DNA of 64,000 bases, from the NCBI GenBank assembly GCA_963708785.1, contig CAVPTJ010000010.1:111399-175398 (forward strand), given 5' to 3'. Below, piece after piece: positions 32,736-43,673 of this stretch (position 1 is the first letter of the stretch; each line of letters opens with the position of its first letter). A model generated the notes under the pieces. That model saw only the letters and a program-made list of their open reading frames with translations. It did not search any database and was not told the origin of the DNA. Source of the stretch: an uncultured Gammaproteobacteria bacterium. Lineage in GTDB: Bacteria > Pseudomonadota > Gammaproteobacteria > Xanthomonadales > Rhodanobacteraceae. A program made the position numbers and the translations under genes.

Positions 32736-33296
32736 TCAACGACCGCGGATCGTCTCGACCCATTTGCCGAACGCATCCATGAATTTGCGCAGGAATTCGC
32801 GCGTGTCGGGCTTCTGCAACTCGCCGTTTTCATTGAACAAATCGGCTGCCTTGCCGAGGTAGACCTCCGGCTGCGGCAGGCACGCCAGACCCACGGCGAC
32901 GAGGGTCTGGCGGATGGCCAAAGCCGATGCCATCGCCGCAGTAGCGCCGATGGAAACGGTGGCCAACGCGCAAGGCTTGCCGCGCCAGGCGTTTTTCGGC
33001 GGCGGACGCGAACCGACGTCGATCGCGTTCTTCAGCGCCGCGGGAATCGAGCGGTTATATTCGGGGCTGACGAACAGGATCGCGTCGGACGCTTTCACCT
33101 TGTCGCGGAAGTGGACCCACGGCTCGTACGGATTTTCTTCGGCATCCTGGTTGTAGAGCTGCAGGCCGCCGATGTCGAGCGTCTCGAACGTCAGGTGCGC
33201 GGGCGCCACGTCCTGCAGCACTTTCGCCGTCATCTTGTTGTACGAACCTTTACGCAGACTGCCGACGATCACCGCGACGTTTCTTGTATCCGGCAT
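32736..33296 (-). CDS. NADPH-dependent FMN reductase
   Basis: GSLRKGSYN, PEYNRSIPAALKNAIDVGSRP. Confidence 0.93.
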   Translation of the reverse strand: MPDTRNVAVIVGSLRKGSYNKMTAKVLQDVAPAHLTFETLDIGGLQLYNQDAEENPYEPWVHFRDKVKASDAILFVSPEYNRSIPAALKNAIDVGSRPPPKNAWRGKPCALATVSIGATAAMASALAIRQTLVAVGLACLPQPEVYLGKAADLFNENGELQKPDTREFLRKFMDAFGKWVETIRGR

Positions 33297-33332
33297 GACA
33301 AACTCCGTGTCGCTGCGAACACGCGCCGAGGC

Positions 33333-33704
33333 TCAGGCGACATTCTCGTTGCTGACGCGGAACCGGTTGCGGCGGTTCTCGACGATCCATTCGCACAGCC
33401 GCCAGCGCATGAAGTCCAGGCATTCGATGCCCGGTTTTTCCGCCGACAGCGTCAGCAACAGGTCCATCAGTTCCACGGCGAGACTGCTCGGCGATTCGTG
33501 CGAGTCGGTGACGCGTGAGACCATAGCTTCGAGCTGGCGCGGCTCGCAGATTTCCGCCATGAGACGGCCGCGGCGCGCGCCGGTCAGAGCCAGCGGCGCG
33601 TTCGACAGGCGCAACGCACTCACTCGCTCGCCGGACGTTTCCAGCGACAGCGACCACGTGCGATCGATATCGTCGCAAAAAACCTGGAGCGGCTGTGGCC
33701 TCAT
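33333..33704 (-). CDS. Hypothetical protein
   Basis: 123 aa ORF with GC3-rich codons, co-oriented with its neighbours; no motif recognised. Confidence 0.6.
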   Translation of the reverse strand: MRPQPLQVFCDDIDRTWSLSLETSGERVSALRLSNAPLALTGARRGRLMAEICEPRQLEAMVSRVTDSHESPSSLAVELMDLLLTLSAEKPGIECLDFMRWRLCEWIVENRRNRFRVSNENVA

Positions 33705-33894
33705 CGCGTGTCGGCCTCCGCGGCCTTGGAACGAACGATTGCTGCCGCAGGTGACCGCATCGCGGCCACTGATCGAAGTCCGGCAGGACGGTGGATTCTA
33801 GACCAAAACCCTATCGAATGTATCATGCCTATTGCGGCGCAGCAAAAACGAACATGCGGCACGGCCGTCTAGCCGTCTAGCCGCCCATTCGAGG

Positions 33895-35377
<1,483 letters not shown>

Positions 35378-35396
35378 GTCTATTCCACTTTATCGA

Positions 35397-35582
35397 TCAG
35401 TTCAGGAGTTTCAACGCAAGCACGCCGAGCGCCATCATCACGCCGCCGATGATGCGCAGCTGCTTCGCGTCGAGCTGGCGCATCTGCTCGGCCATGCGTC
35501 GCCACACACCGGGCGCGGCGAACAGGAACAAGCCTTCTAGCACAAGAACAAGACACAGCGCCGACGTGAACACGTGACCCAT
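35397..35582 (-). CDS. DUF2065 (YjeT-like) small membrane protein
   Basis: ALCLVLVLEGL..FAAP..WRR...LRIIG; canonical position between hflC and purA. Confidence 0.9.
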   Translation of the reverse strand: MGHVFTSALCLVLVLEGLFLFAAPGVWRRMAEQMRQLDAKQLRIIGGVMMALGVLALKLLN

Positions 35583-35590
35583 GCCGCAGC

Positions 35591-36484
35591 TTATTGTTTG
35601 CCTTCGAGCTTGCTCTCGCCGAAGTAGCGCATGAATTCGGATTTCGGGTCGAGCACGATGACGCCGCCGTTCTTGAACGCATCGCGGTACGCCTGCAGGC
35701 TGCGGTAGAACGCGTAGAACTCCGGATCCTTGCTGTACGCCGCGGCGTAGATTTCCGCCGCTTTCGCGTCGCCTTCGCCGCGCACCTGCTGCGCGTCGCG
35801 TTCGGCTTCGGCCTTGACCACCACGACCTGCCGATCGGCGTCGCCAGCAATCTTGGCCGCCGCTTCCTTGCCGTTGGAACGCTGTTCGTTGGCCAGGCGA
35901 TTTCGCTCGGCGCTCATTCGCTTATAAACCGAATCGAGCACCGCATCCGGGAATTCGACACGCTTCACGCGAACGTCGACGACGTGGATGCCGAGCGCCT
36001 TCTCGGTCTGTTTGTTGGCTTGATCGAGCACGCGCTCGGTGATGTCGGAGCGGGCGCTGGCGATCAAGTCGCCGAGCGTGCGCGAGCGGAATTCGGAATT
36101 GAGCGCATCTTTGATGATCGGCGAGAGACGCTGGTTGGCGAGCGTCTGGAAGTCGTCGCTGCCGAATGACTGGTAGTAAAGCGCCGGGTTCGCAATACGC
36201 CATTTGACGTAGTAGTCGACCAGAACCGCTTTCTTTTCCGACGTCAGATACTGCTCGGGCGCCGCCTCCAGATTCAGTATGCGGCGGTCGTAACGTACGG
36301 TCTGCTGGACCAGCGGCATCTTGAAATGCAAGCCCGGTCCGTAGTCAGAACCCTGGTCCGTCTCGAAGCCTTCGATGCGGCCGAATTGCAGCAACAGGAC
36401 GCTTTGGCCTTCCTTCACCACGAACGCGCAGTTGACGATGATGATGATCAGGACGAACGCGATGATCGGCGAGATGATTCTCAT
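35591..36484 (-). CDS. hflC: Protease modulator HflC
   Basis: SPFH domain, PGLHFKMP, VDYYVKWRI, DPEFYAFYRSLQAY. Confidence 0.95.
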   Translation of the reverse strand: MRIISPIIAFVLIIIIVNCAFVVKEGQSVLLLQFGRIEGFETDQGSDYGPGLHFKMPLVQQTVRYDRRILNLEAAPEQYLTSEKKAVLVDYYVKWRIANPALYYQSFGSDDFQTLANQRLSPIIKDALNSEFRSRTLGDLIASARSDITERVLDQANKQTEKALGIHVVDVRVKRVEFPDAVLDSVYKRMSAERNRLANEQRSNGKEAAAKIAGDADRQVVVVKAEAERDAQQVRGEGDAKAAEIYAAAYSKDPEFYAFYRSLQAYRDAFKNGGVIVLDPKSEFMRYFGESKLEGKQ

Positions 36485-37548
36485 TGCTCGCCCTCCCGGT
36501 GATTGCGCAGCGTCGCCGCGGCGGCGGCGCTCGGTTCGTCCTTGAGTCTGTCGACGGGCAAGTACAGCAGGTTCTTGCCGTTGGTGCCGTCGATGATCTT
36601 GGTGTTGTTGCTCAGCACGTTTTGCAGCGTTTCGATGTACAAACGCTTGCGCGTGATCTCCGGCGCGGCTTTGTATTGCTGCTCGATCAGGCTGAAGCGC
36701 TGCGTGTCGCCGGTCGCGTTGGCGGTCTGCTCGGCCTTGTAGCCTTCGGCCGCCGCACGGATCCGCGCCGCGTCGCCGCGCGCTTCGGGCACCACTTTCG
36801 CCGCGTAAGCGAGCGCGTCGTTGATGAATTGCTGCTGGTTGTTGCCGGCGTTGTTGGCGTCGTCGAAAGCCTGCTTCACTTCGCTCGGCGGCTGGATCTT
36901 CTGGAAGTTCACGCGACTGACGAGCAGGCCGATCTTGTAGCTGTCGAGCGTCTGCTGCATCAGCTTTTCGGTCTCGGTGACCAGTTCGCTGCTGTGGCCG
37001 GACAGTATGGTGTCCATGTCGCTGCGGCCGATGACCTGGCGCAGCGCGCTTTCCGCGGCCTGCTTCAGGGCTTCGTCGGGATCCTTCGCCGAAAACAGAT
37101 ACTGCCGCGCGTCGCTGACCGTATATTGCACGTTGAAATCGATGACGACGATGTTCTCGTCCTTGGTCAGCATGCGCACGTCGTCGGAGAACGGCTTCAC
37201 GGTCGTCGCGTCGACGGCGATCACCTGCTCGAACGGCGAGGGCCATTTGAAGTTCAGGCCGCTGCTCATGATGCGGTTGAATTGTCCGAAGCGCAGCACC
37301 ACGCCGAGCTGGCGTGCGTCGATCTTGGTCCACGAACTGAACGCGGCCCAGATCAGCACGACCGCGACGACAATCAGCGCTACGCTGCCGAAATTTCCGC
37401 CGCCGCCGGTCGATCCGCCGCCGCCACCGCCGCCGAAGATGCGGCCGAAGCCTTCACGCAGACGCTTGAGCAGCGCGTCCATGTCGGGCGGGCGCGGCTT
37501 CTGCTGCCAGGGATCGCGTTTGCCGCCGCCGGGTTCGTTCCACGCCAT
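36481..37548 (-). CDS. hflK: Protease modulator HflK
   Basis: MAWNEPG...DPW...PPD, MLTKDENIV, APEITRKRLY. Confidence 0.95.
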   Translation of the reverse strand: MAWNEPGGGKRDPWQQKPRPPDMDALLKRLREGFGRIFGGGGGGGSTGGGGNFGSVALIVVAVVLIWAAFSSWTKIDARQLGVVLRFGQFNRIMSSGLNFKWPSPFEQVIAVDATTVKPFSDDVRMLTKDENIVVIDFNVQYTVSDARQYLFSAKDPDEALKQAAESALRQVIGRSDMDTILSGHSSELVTETEKLMQQTLDSYKIGLLVSRVNFQKIQPPSEVKQAFDDANNAGNNQQQFINDALAYAAKVVPEARGDAARIRAAAEGYKAEQTANATGDTQRFSLIEQQYKAAPEITRKRLYIETLQNVLSNNTKIIDGTNGKNLLYLPVDRLKDEPSAAAAATLRNHREGEQ

Positions 37549-37675
37549 TGCATCTACTCCATGAGTTCGCCGGAACGCGCGCGGCGCGTCACGCCGCACT
37601 GATCCGAGGACAGGCAACCAAACGCAAAGGGGGTTGCCGACGAATTGTAGGGCCAGTCGGGGCTTTTCGCGAGTT

Positions 37676-39025
37676 TCAGTGCGTGAGCGCCGCAGGATTT
37701 CCGCTGCCGATCTGCTCGCGCAGCCACTTTCCTTCGGGCATGCCGAACAACGGCTCGATGAGTGCGCGCGGCGCGTCGATCTCCAGTTCCCAGCCGTGCT
37801 CGGCGGCACGCTCGCTGGCGACCAGGCCCTGCTCGAACAGTCTCGCGCGCAGACGGCCCGCATCGCCCGGCACGCGCACCCAGCAGTGCACGCGCTCATG
37901 CTGCAGCGTGCGAGCGAGCGTGTCGCGCAGCAAACCCAGTCCCCTGTTTTCCATCGCCGACACCCATACCCGCAATGTGCGCCCACCATCGACACTGTCG
38001 ACGCGCGGCGGGACCGGCTTGGATTCGCCGGACTCCTCAGACGCGGCAAGCCGGTCGATTTTGTTGAAGACCAGGATCTGCGGCACGTCCTGCGCGCCGA
38101 TTTCCTCGAGCACGCGCTGCACTTCCTCGATGCGATCCCGGTGATCCGGATCGGCCGCATCGACCACGTGCAGCAACAAATCCGCATCGCGTGTCTCGGC
38201 GAGGGTGGACTTGAACGCCGCAACCAGATCGTGCGGCAGATCGCTGATGAAACCGACCGTGTCGGCGAGGATCATCGGACCGCACGACAGACCGTCGATG
38301 CGGCGCAAGGTCGGATCGAGCGTCGCGAACAATTGATCGGCGGCGTAAACGTCCGCGCCCGTGAGCGCATTGAACAACGTGGATTTGCCGGCGTTCGTGT
38401 AACCCACCAGCGACACGACCGGCACCGCGTTGCGCTGCCGCGCGCGACGCGCCTGTGCGCGCTGCGTTTCGACTTTGCGCAGGCGCTGCTGCAACTGCTT
38501 GACGCGGTTGGCGAGCAGGCGGCGATCGAGTTCGAGCTGCGTTTCGCCGGGACCGCGCAAACCGATCGCGCCGCCGCGCTGGCGCTCCAGGTGCGTCCAG
38601 CCGCGAACCAGGCGCGTGGACATGTGCCGCAATTGCGCGAGTTCGACCTGCAGCTTGCCTTCGTGCGAGCGGGCGCGCTGCGCGAAGATATCGAGGATCA
38701 AACCGGTGCGATCGACCACGCGGCACTGCGTGAGCGCTTCCAGATTGCGCTCCTGCACCGGCGACAAGGCGTGATTGACGAGCACCAGATCGGCGTTCGT
38801 CGATTCCTTGTGCACCTTGATCTCCTCGGCCTTGCCGCTGCCGACGAAGAATTTCGGGTTCGGCCGCTCGATGCGCGCCGACAGCGAACCGACGATGGTT
38901 GCGCCGGCCGAGCGCGCCAGTTCGCTGAATTCGGTCAGCGCGCTGCCGCCGTGTTCACCGACCCACTGCGGCTGGACCAGCAGCGCGCGCTCGCCTTTGC
39001 GTGAACGATCGAACAGGACGATCAA
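37676..39025 (-). CDS. hflX: GTPase HflX
   Basis: [30 protein letters not shown]; exact start uncertain. Confidence 0.96.
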   Translation of the reverse strand: MIVLFDRSRKGERALLVQPQWVGEHGGSALTEFSELARSAGATIVGSLSARIERPNPKFFVGSGKAEEIKVHKESTNADLVLVNHALSPVQERNLEALTQCRVVDRTGLILDIFAQRARSHEGKLQVELAQLRHMSTRLVRGWTHLERQRGGAIGLRGPGETQLELDRRLLANRVKQLQQRLRKVETQRAQARRARQRNAVPVVSLVGYTNAGKSTLFNALTGADVYAADQLFATLDPTLRRIDGLSCGPMILADTVGFISDLPHDLVAAFKSTLAETRDADLLLHVVDAADPDHRDRIEEVQRVLEEIGAQDVPQILVFNKIDRLAASEESGESKPVPPRVDSVDGGRTLRVWVSAMENRGLGLLRDTLARTLQHERVHCWVRVPGDAGRLRARLFEQGLVASERAAEHGWELEIDAPRALIEPLFGMPEGKWLREQIGSGNPAALTH

Positions 39026-39288
39026 CCTTCCGCGGTTTCTTCCACCGAGGACTCGGCGTGCGAATCCTTGTCCGTGGTCATGCGCACGTTGCGCCCCGGG
39101 ACAATGGTGGAAATGGCGTGCTTGTAGACCATCTGGCTGACGGTGTTACGCAGCAGCACGACGAACTGGTCGAACGACTCGATCACGCCCTGCAACTTGA
39201 TGCCGTTGACGAGATAGATGGAGACGGGAACGCGCTCGCGGCGCAGGGCATTCAGGAAGGGATCCTGCAAGGACTGTCCTTTGGACAT
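39022..39288 (-). CDS. hfq: RNA chaperone Hfq
   Basis: [16 protein letters not shown]...YKHAIST. Confidence 0.99.
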   Translation of the reverse strand: MSKGQSLQDPFLNALRRERVPVSIYLVNGIKLQGVIESFDQFVVLLRNTVSQMVYKHAISTIVPGRNVRMTTDKDSHAESSVEETAEG

Positions 39289-39428
39289 GATTTTTCTCCC
39301 ACACTTTTGATTGTAATTATGCGAACCGGAAAAAGCGGCGTAGCGGAAACCAGATGTGGCCCGAAACGCTCCGATTCAAGGTTCTGAAAGTATACATATT
39401 TCCGGCCGCTTTTGAAGCGGCGCAACAT

Positions 39429-40370
39429 TTATTTGCGCGGCAGGAAATCGCCGACGGCAGCTTCGGCGAGCAATCCGTACCCTGCGATATCGGGATCCAA
39501 GACGCGCGCATCAAGCTCCGAACGCAGCCAGGTGATCTGCCGTTTGGCGAGTTGGCGCGTGGCGAAAATCCCGTAGTTGCGCAATTCGGCGGCGTCGAAA
39601 GCGCCTTCCAGATGCTGCCAGGCCTGCCGGTAGCCGACCGCGCGCAGCGCCGGCAGATCGGCGTGAAGATCGCCGCGGAGCTGCAGCCGCGCCACTTCGT
39701 CGAGCAGCCCGGCAGTCAGCATTGCATCGAAGCGATCGGCGATGCGGGCGTGCAAGGCGGCGCGGTCCTCAGGAATAAGCGCAAGCTTGAGCACGCGGTA
39801 GGCGAACGGTACCGGCAGCGCGGTTTGCTGAGCCGACATGGGCCTACCGGTGAGTTCGATCACTTCGAGCGCGCGCTGGATGCGCTGCGCATCGGCCGGA
39901 CCGATGCGGGCGGCGGCGGCCTGATCGAGTTCGGCCAGACGCGCATGCAAGGCGGCCCAGCCGAGCGACTCGGCCTCTTCGATCAGGCGCTCGCGGATAT
40001 CCGGATCGGCTTGCGGCAGATCGGACAATCCGTACTGCAACGCGCGGAAGTACATCCCGGTGCCGCCGACGAGCAGCGGCAGGCGGCCGCTGGCGACGAT
40101 CGAGGCCATTTCGCGCAACGCGTCGTCGCGAAACTCGGCGGCGGAATACGGCTGCGAAGGATCACGGATGTCGATGAGACGATGCGGATGACGGCGCAGC
40201 GTTTCCGCATCGGGTTTGGCCGAGCCGATGTCGAGCCCGCGGTAAACGAGTGCGGAATCGACGCTGACGATGTCCAGCGCGAATTTCTCGGCCAGTGCGC
40301 AGGCGAGCGCGGTCTTGCCCGAGGCGGTCGGGCCCATCAGGAATACGGCGGGTGGACGTTGGTCAATCAC
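39429..40370 (-). CDS. miaA: tRNA dimethylallyltransferase
   Basis: [41 protein letters not shown]. Confidence 0.97.
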   Translation of the reverse strand: MIDQRPPAVFLMGPTASGKTALACALAEKFALDIVSVDSALVYRGLDIGSAKPDAETLRRHPHRLIDIRDPSQPYSAAEFRDDALREMASIVASGRLPLLVGGTGMYFRALQYGLSDLPQADPDIRERLIEEAESLGWAALHARLAELDQAAAARIGPADAQRIQRALEVIELTGRPMSAQQTALPVPFAYRVLKLALIPEDRAALHARIADRFDAMLTAGLLDEVARLQLRGDLHADLPALRAVGYRQAWQHLEGAFDAAELRNYGIFATRQLAKRQITWLRSELDARVLDPDIAGYGLLAEAAVGDFLPRK

Positions 40371-40383
40371 GATTTGAATCTTA

Positions 40384-40398
40384 ATCTCAATTTGAGAT
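40384..40398. promoter_or_regulatory. Perfect palindrome, probable HigA operator
   Basis: ATCTCAA-T-TTGAGAT between the divergent miaA and higB starts. Confidence 0.7.
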
Positions 40399-40410
40399 AT
40401 GCTTCACGCG

Positions 40411-40695
40411 GTGCGAGTCATATCGAACAAAACCCTGCTCGCATTCTCGGCACTGCACCCGCAAGCCGCCAAGGCGCTGCAATTATGGCGCAAAGCGGTC
40501 GAGGCGAAGCCGTACCCGAACTTCGCCGCGTTGAAAGCGGTGTTCGGGTCAATCGACAAGGCGGGTGATTTCTACATATTCGATCTCGGCGGCGATAAAT
40601 ACCGCCTGATTGCCGCCGTTCACTTCAATCGGCAGATACTTTTCATCCGCCACGTTTTCACGCACAAACAGTACGATCGCTGGAGACCGCAATGA
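40411..40695 (+). CDS. higB: HigB-family toxin
   Basis: RVIS...F...HP...L..W...F...D....IFDLGG.KYRLIA...FIRHVFTH.QYD. GTG 40411 preferred (ATG 40399 possible). Confidence 0.9.
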   Translation: MRVISNKTLLAFSALHPQAAKALQLWRKAVEAKPYPNFAALKAVFGSIDKAGDFYIFDLGGDKYRLIAAVHFNRQILFIRHVFTHKQYDRWRPQ

Positions 40696-41105
40696 ACGCA
40701 CTGGCCATTCAGAAACTCTCCAGGCACTACCAGGCGCTCAGCGCTGCCATTCCGCTGCACCCGATCCGCACGAGGGCAGACTACGCGCGCGCTGTGCGTG
40801 CGATGGACGATCTCCTCGATGCCGGCGCTGCCGACGAAACCCATCCGCTGGCTGATCTTGCTGCAACGCTAGGTGAGTTGATCGGCGATTACGACGATAA
40901 ACACCATCCATTACCCGCCGGGTTGTCCGGAATCGACATGGTTCGCTTCCTGATGCAGCAGCAGAACCTGCATCAGGCCGACCTGAAAGAACTCGGCAGC
41001 CAGGGTGTGGTATCGGAATTGTTGTCCGGAAAGCGTGAATTGAACGTGCGTCAGATAAAATTGCTGAGCGTGCGGTTCAATTTGCCTGCCGCCGCCTTCA
41101 TCTGA
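40692..41105 (+). CDS. higA: HigA-family antitoxin (HTH)
   Basis: [38 protein letters not shown]; ATGA overlap with the toxin. Confidence 0.9.
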   Translation: MNALAIQKLSRHYQALSAAIPLHPIRTRADYARAVRAMDDLLDAGAADETHPLADLAATLGELIGDYDDKHHPLPAGLSGIDMVRFLMQQQNLHQADLKELGSQGVVSELLSGKRELNVRQIKLLSVRFNLPAAAFI

Positions 41106-41139
41106 TTACCGAACGGCGCTGCGAACTAGGAGATTCACG

Positions 41140-42174
41140 ATGCAAGCAACCATGAAAGCCCTGGTCAAGAAAGAAGCCGCCAAGGGCATATGGATGGAAC
41201 AGGTGCCGATTCCCGAAATCGGACCGAACGACGTGCTGATCAAGCTCGAGAAGACTGCGATCTGCGGCACGGATCTGCACATCTACAAGTGGGATGAATG
41301 GTCGCAGCGCGTGATCAAACCCGGCCTGGTCATCGGCCACGAGTTCGTCGGTCGAATCGTCGACATCGGCGCGGGCGTGCGCGGTTATTCGCTCGGTCAG
41401 CGCGTGTCTGCGGAAGGCCACATCGTGTGCGGCGTGTGCCGCAACTGCCGCGCGGGCAAGCAGCATCTGTGTCCGCACACGATCGGCATCGGCGTGAACC
41501 GCAACGGCGCGTTCGCGGAATACATCGCGATGCCGGCGTCGAACCTGTGGCCGATTCCGGATCAGATTCCTAGCGAACTTGCGGCGTTCTTCGATCCGTA
41601 CGGCAACGCGGCGCACTGCGCGCTCGAATTCGATCTGATCGGCGAAGACGTGCTGATCACGGGTGCGGGCCCGATCGGAATCATCGCCGCGGGTATCGCG
41701 AAACATGTGGGCGCACGCAATGTCGTAGTCACCGATGTCAACGACTACCGTCTCAAGCTTGCCGCCGACATGGGCGCGACGCGGGTGGTCAACGTGTCGA
41801 AGCAGTCGGTGAAAGACGTGATGAAAGACCTGCACATGGAAGGCTTCGATGTCGGCCTTGAGATGTCCGGCAATCCGCGCGCGTTCAACGACATGCTCGA
41901 TTGCATGTACAACGGCGGCAAGGTCGCGTTACTCGGCCTATTGCCGAATGGCGCGGGTATAAATTGGGACAAAGTCATCTTCAAGGGCTTGGTGCTGCAC
42001 GGCATCTACGGCCGGCGCATGTACGAGACCTGGTACAAGATGACGCAGATGCTCCTCACCGGTTTCCCGCTGCAGAAGGTGCTCACGCATCAGATCACCA
42101 TCGACGATTTCCAGAAAGGCTTCGACCTGATGGAAGCCGGCAACTGCGGCAAGGTGGTCTGTTCCTGGAACTGA
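41140..42174 (+). CDS. tdh: L-threonine 3-dehydrogenase
   Basis: [20 protein letters not shown]...C, GAGPIG, GIYGR.MYETW. Confidence 0.97.
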   Translation: MQATMKALVKKEAAKGIWMEQVPIPEIGPNDVLIKLEKTAICGTDLHIYKWDEWSQRVIKPGLVIGHEFVGRIVDIGAGVRGYSLGQRVSAEGHIVCGVCRNCRAGKQHLCPHTIGIGVNRNGAFAEYIAMPASNLWPIPDQIPSELAAFFDPYGNAAHCALEFDLIGEDVLITGAGPIGIIAAGIAKHVGARNVVVTDVNDYRLKLAADMGATRVVNVSKQSVKDVMKDLHMEGFDVGLEMSGNPRAFNDMLDCMYNGGKVALLGLLPNGAGINWDKVIFKGLVLHGIYGRRMYETWYKMTQMLLTGFPLQKVLTHQITIDDFQKGFDLMEAGNCGKVVCSWN

Positions 42175-43601
42175 TGGCGCGTCGGACGCGACTCACCCCT
42201 CGGTTCCATCGTCGCACCGTGCGATTTCCATTTGTTCTGCTGATCGGTGTCTGCGCACTCGCGCACGCGGAAGCGCCGCCGAAATGCCAGCGCGACTGCG
42301 AGCCCGAACCCGTACTCGCCGCGCCGGCACTGGCACCCGCGGCGCTGTTGAGCGGACCCGGCTACCGCGTCATCCCGGAAGTGCGCGTGCGCGGTTACAT
42401 GGCCGATTTCCTGATCGATACGAAGTTCGGTCCGCTGCGCGCCGACAGTGCGGAATTGCTATCCGTGCGGATCTCCGAAATCCCGGCGATGGAAGCGCTC
42501 GATCGCGCCAGCCGTACCGAAGCGTTCTCGCATGCGATCGCCGAACGCGGGCGCAAGACCGGCGCAGCGGTCCTGCACGTGGTCGAACATCCGGTCGACA
42601 CGATCACGGGTTTGCCGCTTGGCGTGGTGCGCTACATCAACGCGAAGTGGAAGAGCGTCACCGACAAGGCCGAATCGCTGTCGGATCGCGGCACCAAGGA
42701 ATTCGAAAACAAAGGCGACGCATTTCGCGCACCGCCTGGCCCGATGACGGCCGATCGCGACGCGCCCGCAACGGAGGGCTATCCGCCAGACAAGAAAAGC
42801 CGCGCGTGGTATGCGCGCACCGAATCGGAAGCCGAGCGCGAGACCAAACGCTACCTCAAGTACAGCACCGAGAAGCGCGACATGGTCAAGCTGCTCGGCA
42901 TCGATCCGAATTCGACCAATCCCATTCTCAACGACAAGCTCGACGAACTGGCCTGGGCCGCGGTGTGGGGAAATTTCTCCGCCGGTGCGGCGCTCGGCAC
43001 GATCACCGGCGGCGCCGCGCAAGCGATCACGTGGACCGGCCGACTCAACCAATATGTGCTGGAAAAAACGCCGGAGGACCTGCGCGAGGAAAACCGCACG
43101 CGGCTGGCGAAATTCTGCAGCGACGATTTCGCGGTGCGCCAGTTCCTGCGGCGCGGCGGATTCACCGACACGCTGCGGACCGCGCTGGCGCAGACGTACG
43201 AGAAACTGAAGCCGGAAAGCGGCTGCAATGAAGTGGTCGAACTCGCGGCGACCACGCGCGGTGAAGTCGAAGCGCGTTATCTCACTGACGCGCTGAAGAT
43301 GGTGCAGAAACGCGCCGGGCCCGGCAAAGGCCAACTGATCGTCGTCGACGCAGCGCTCGTGTGGCAGACCGATGACGGCAGGTTGCTGCTGCCCCTGCCG
43401 GTCGATTACCTGACCTGGAGCCACGACATCGGCGATTTCTTCGACGCTCCGGTTTTCAGAGCGAAAGACCGCACCGTGCTGATCAGCGGCAACGCTTCTC
43501 CGCTGGCGATGCGCAAGCTGACCGAGCGCGGCTGGAGCATCGTCTTGCGCGCGCCGTTCGATGGCGCGCCGACCTATCCGCCGGACTCGCAAAGTCCATA
43601 G
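42174..43601 (+). CDS. Hypothetical exported protein
   Basis: TGATG coupling to tdh; signal peptide ending AHA; GC3-rich codons; start uncertain. Confidence 0.75.
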   Translation: MARRTRLTPRFHRRTVRFPFVLLIGVCALAHAEAPPKCQRDCEPEPVLAAPALAPAALLSGPGYRVIPEVRVRGYMADFLIDTKFGPLRADSAELLSVRISEIPAMEALDRASRTEAFSHAIAERGRKTGAAVLHVVEHPVDTITGLPLGVVRYINAKWKSVTDKAESLSDRGTKEFENKGDAFRAPPGPMTADRDAPATEGYPPDKKSRAWYARTESEAERETKRYLKYSTEKRDMVKLLGIDPNSTNPILNDKLDELAWAAVWGNFSAGAALGTITGGAAQAITWTGRLNQYVLEKTPEDLREENRTRLAKFCSDDFAVRQFLRRGGFTDTLRTALAQTYEKLKPESGCNEVVELAATTRGEVEARYLTDALKMVQKRAGPGKGQLIVVDAALVWQTDDGRLLLPLPVDYLTWSHDIGDFFDAPVFRAKDRTVLISGNASPLAMRKLTERGWSIVLRAPFDGAPTYPPDSQSP

Positions 43602-43673
43602 CGGCGCCCAACGCCAGCTTTTCGTCGCGATTTACGTTACCTCGGATGACTGGTCGGTTTCCGAGGTGGCGCC

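Noticed and set aside
33864-33883. Short tandem GCCGTCTA x2.5 downstream of purA
   Set aside because: Too short to assign a function; no spacers, so not CRISPR.
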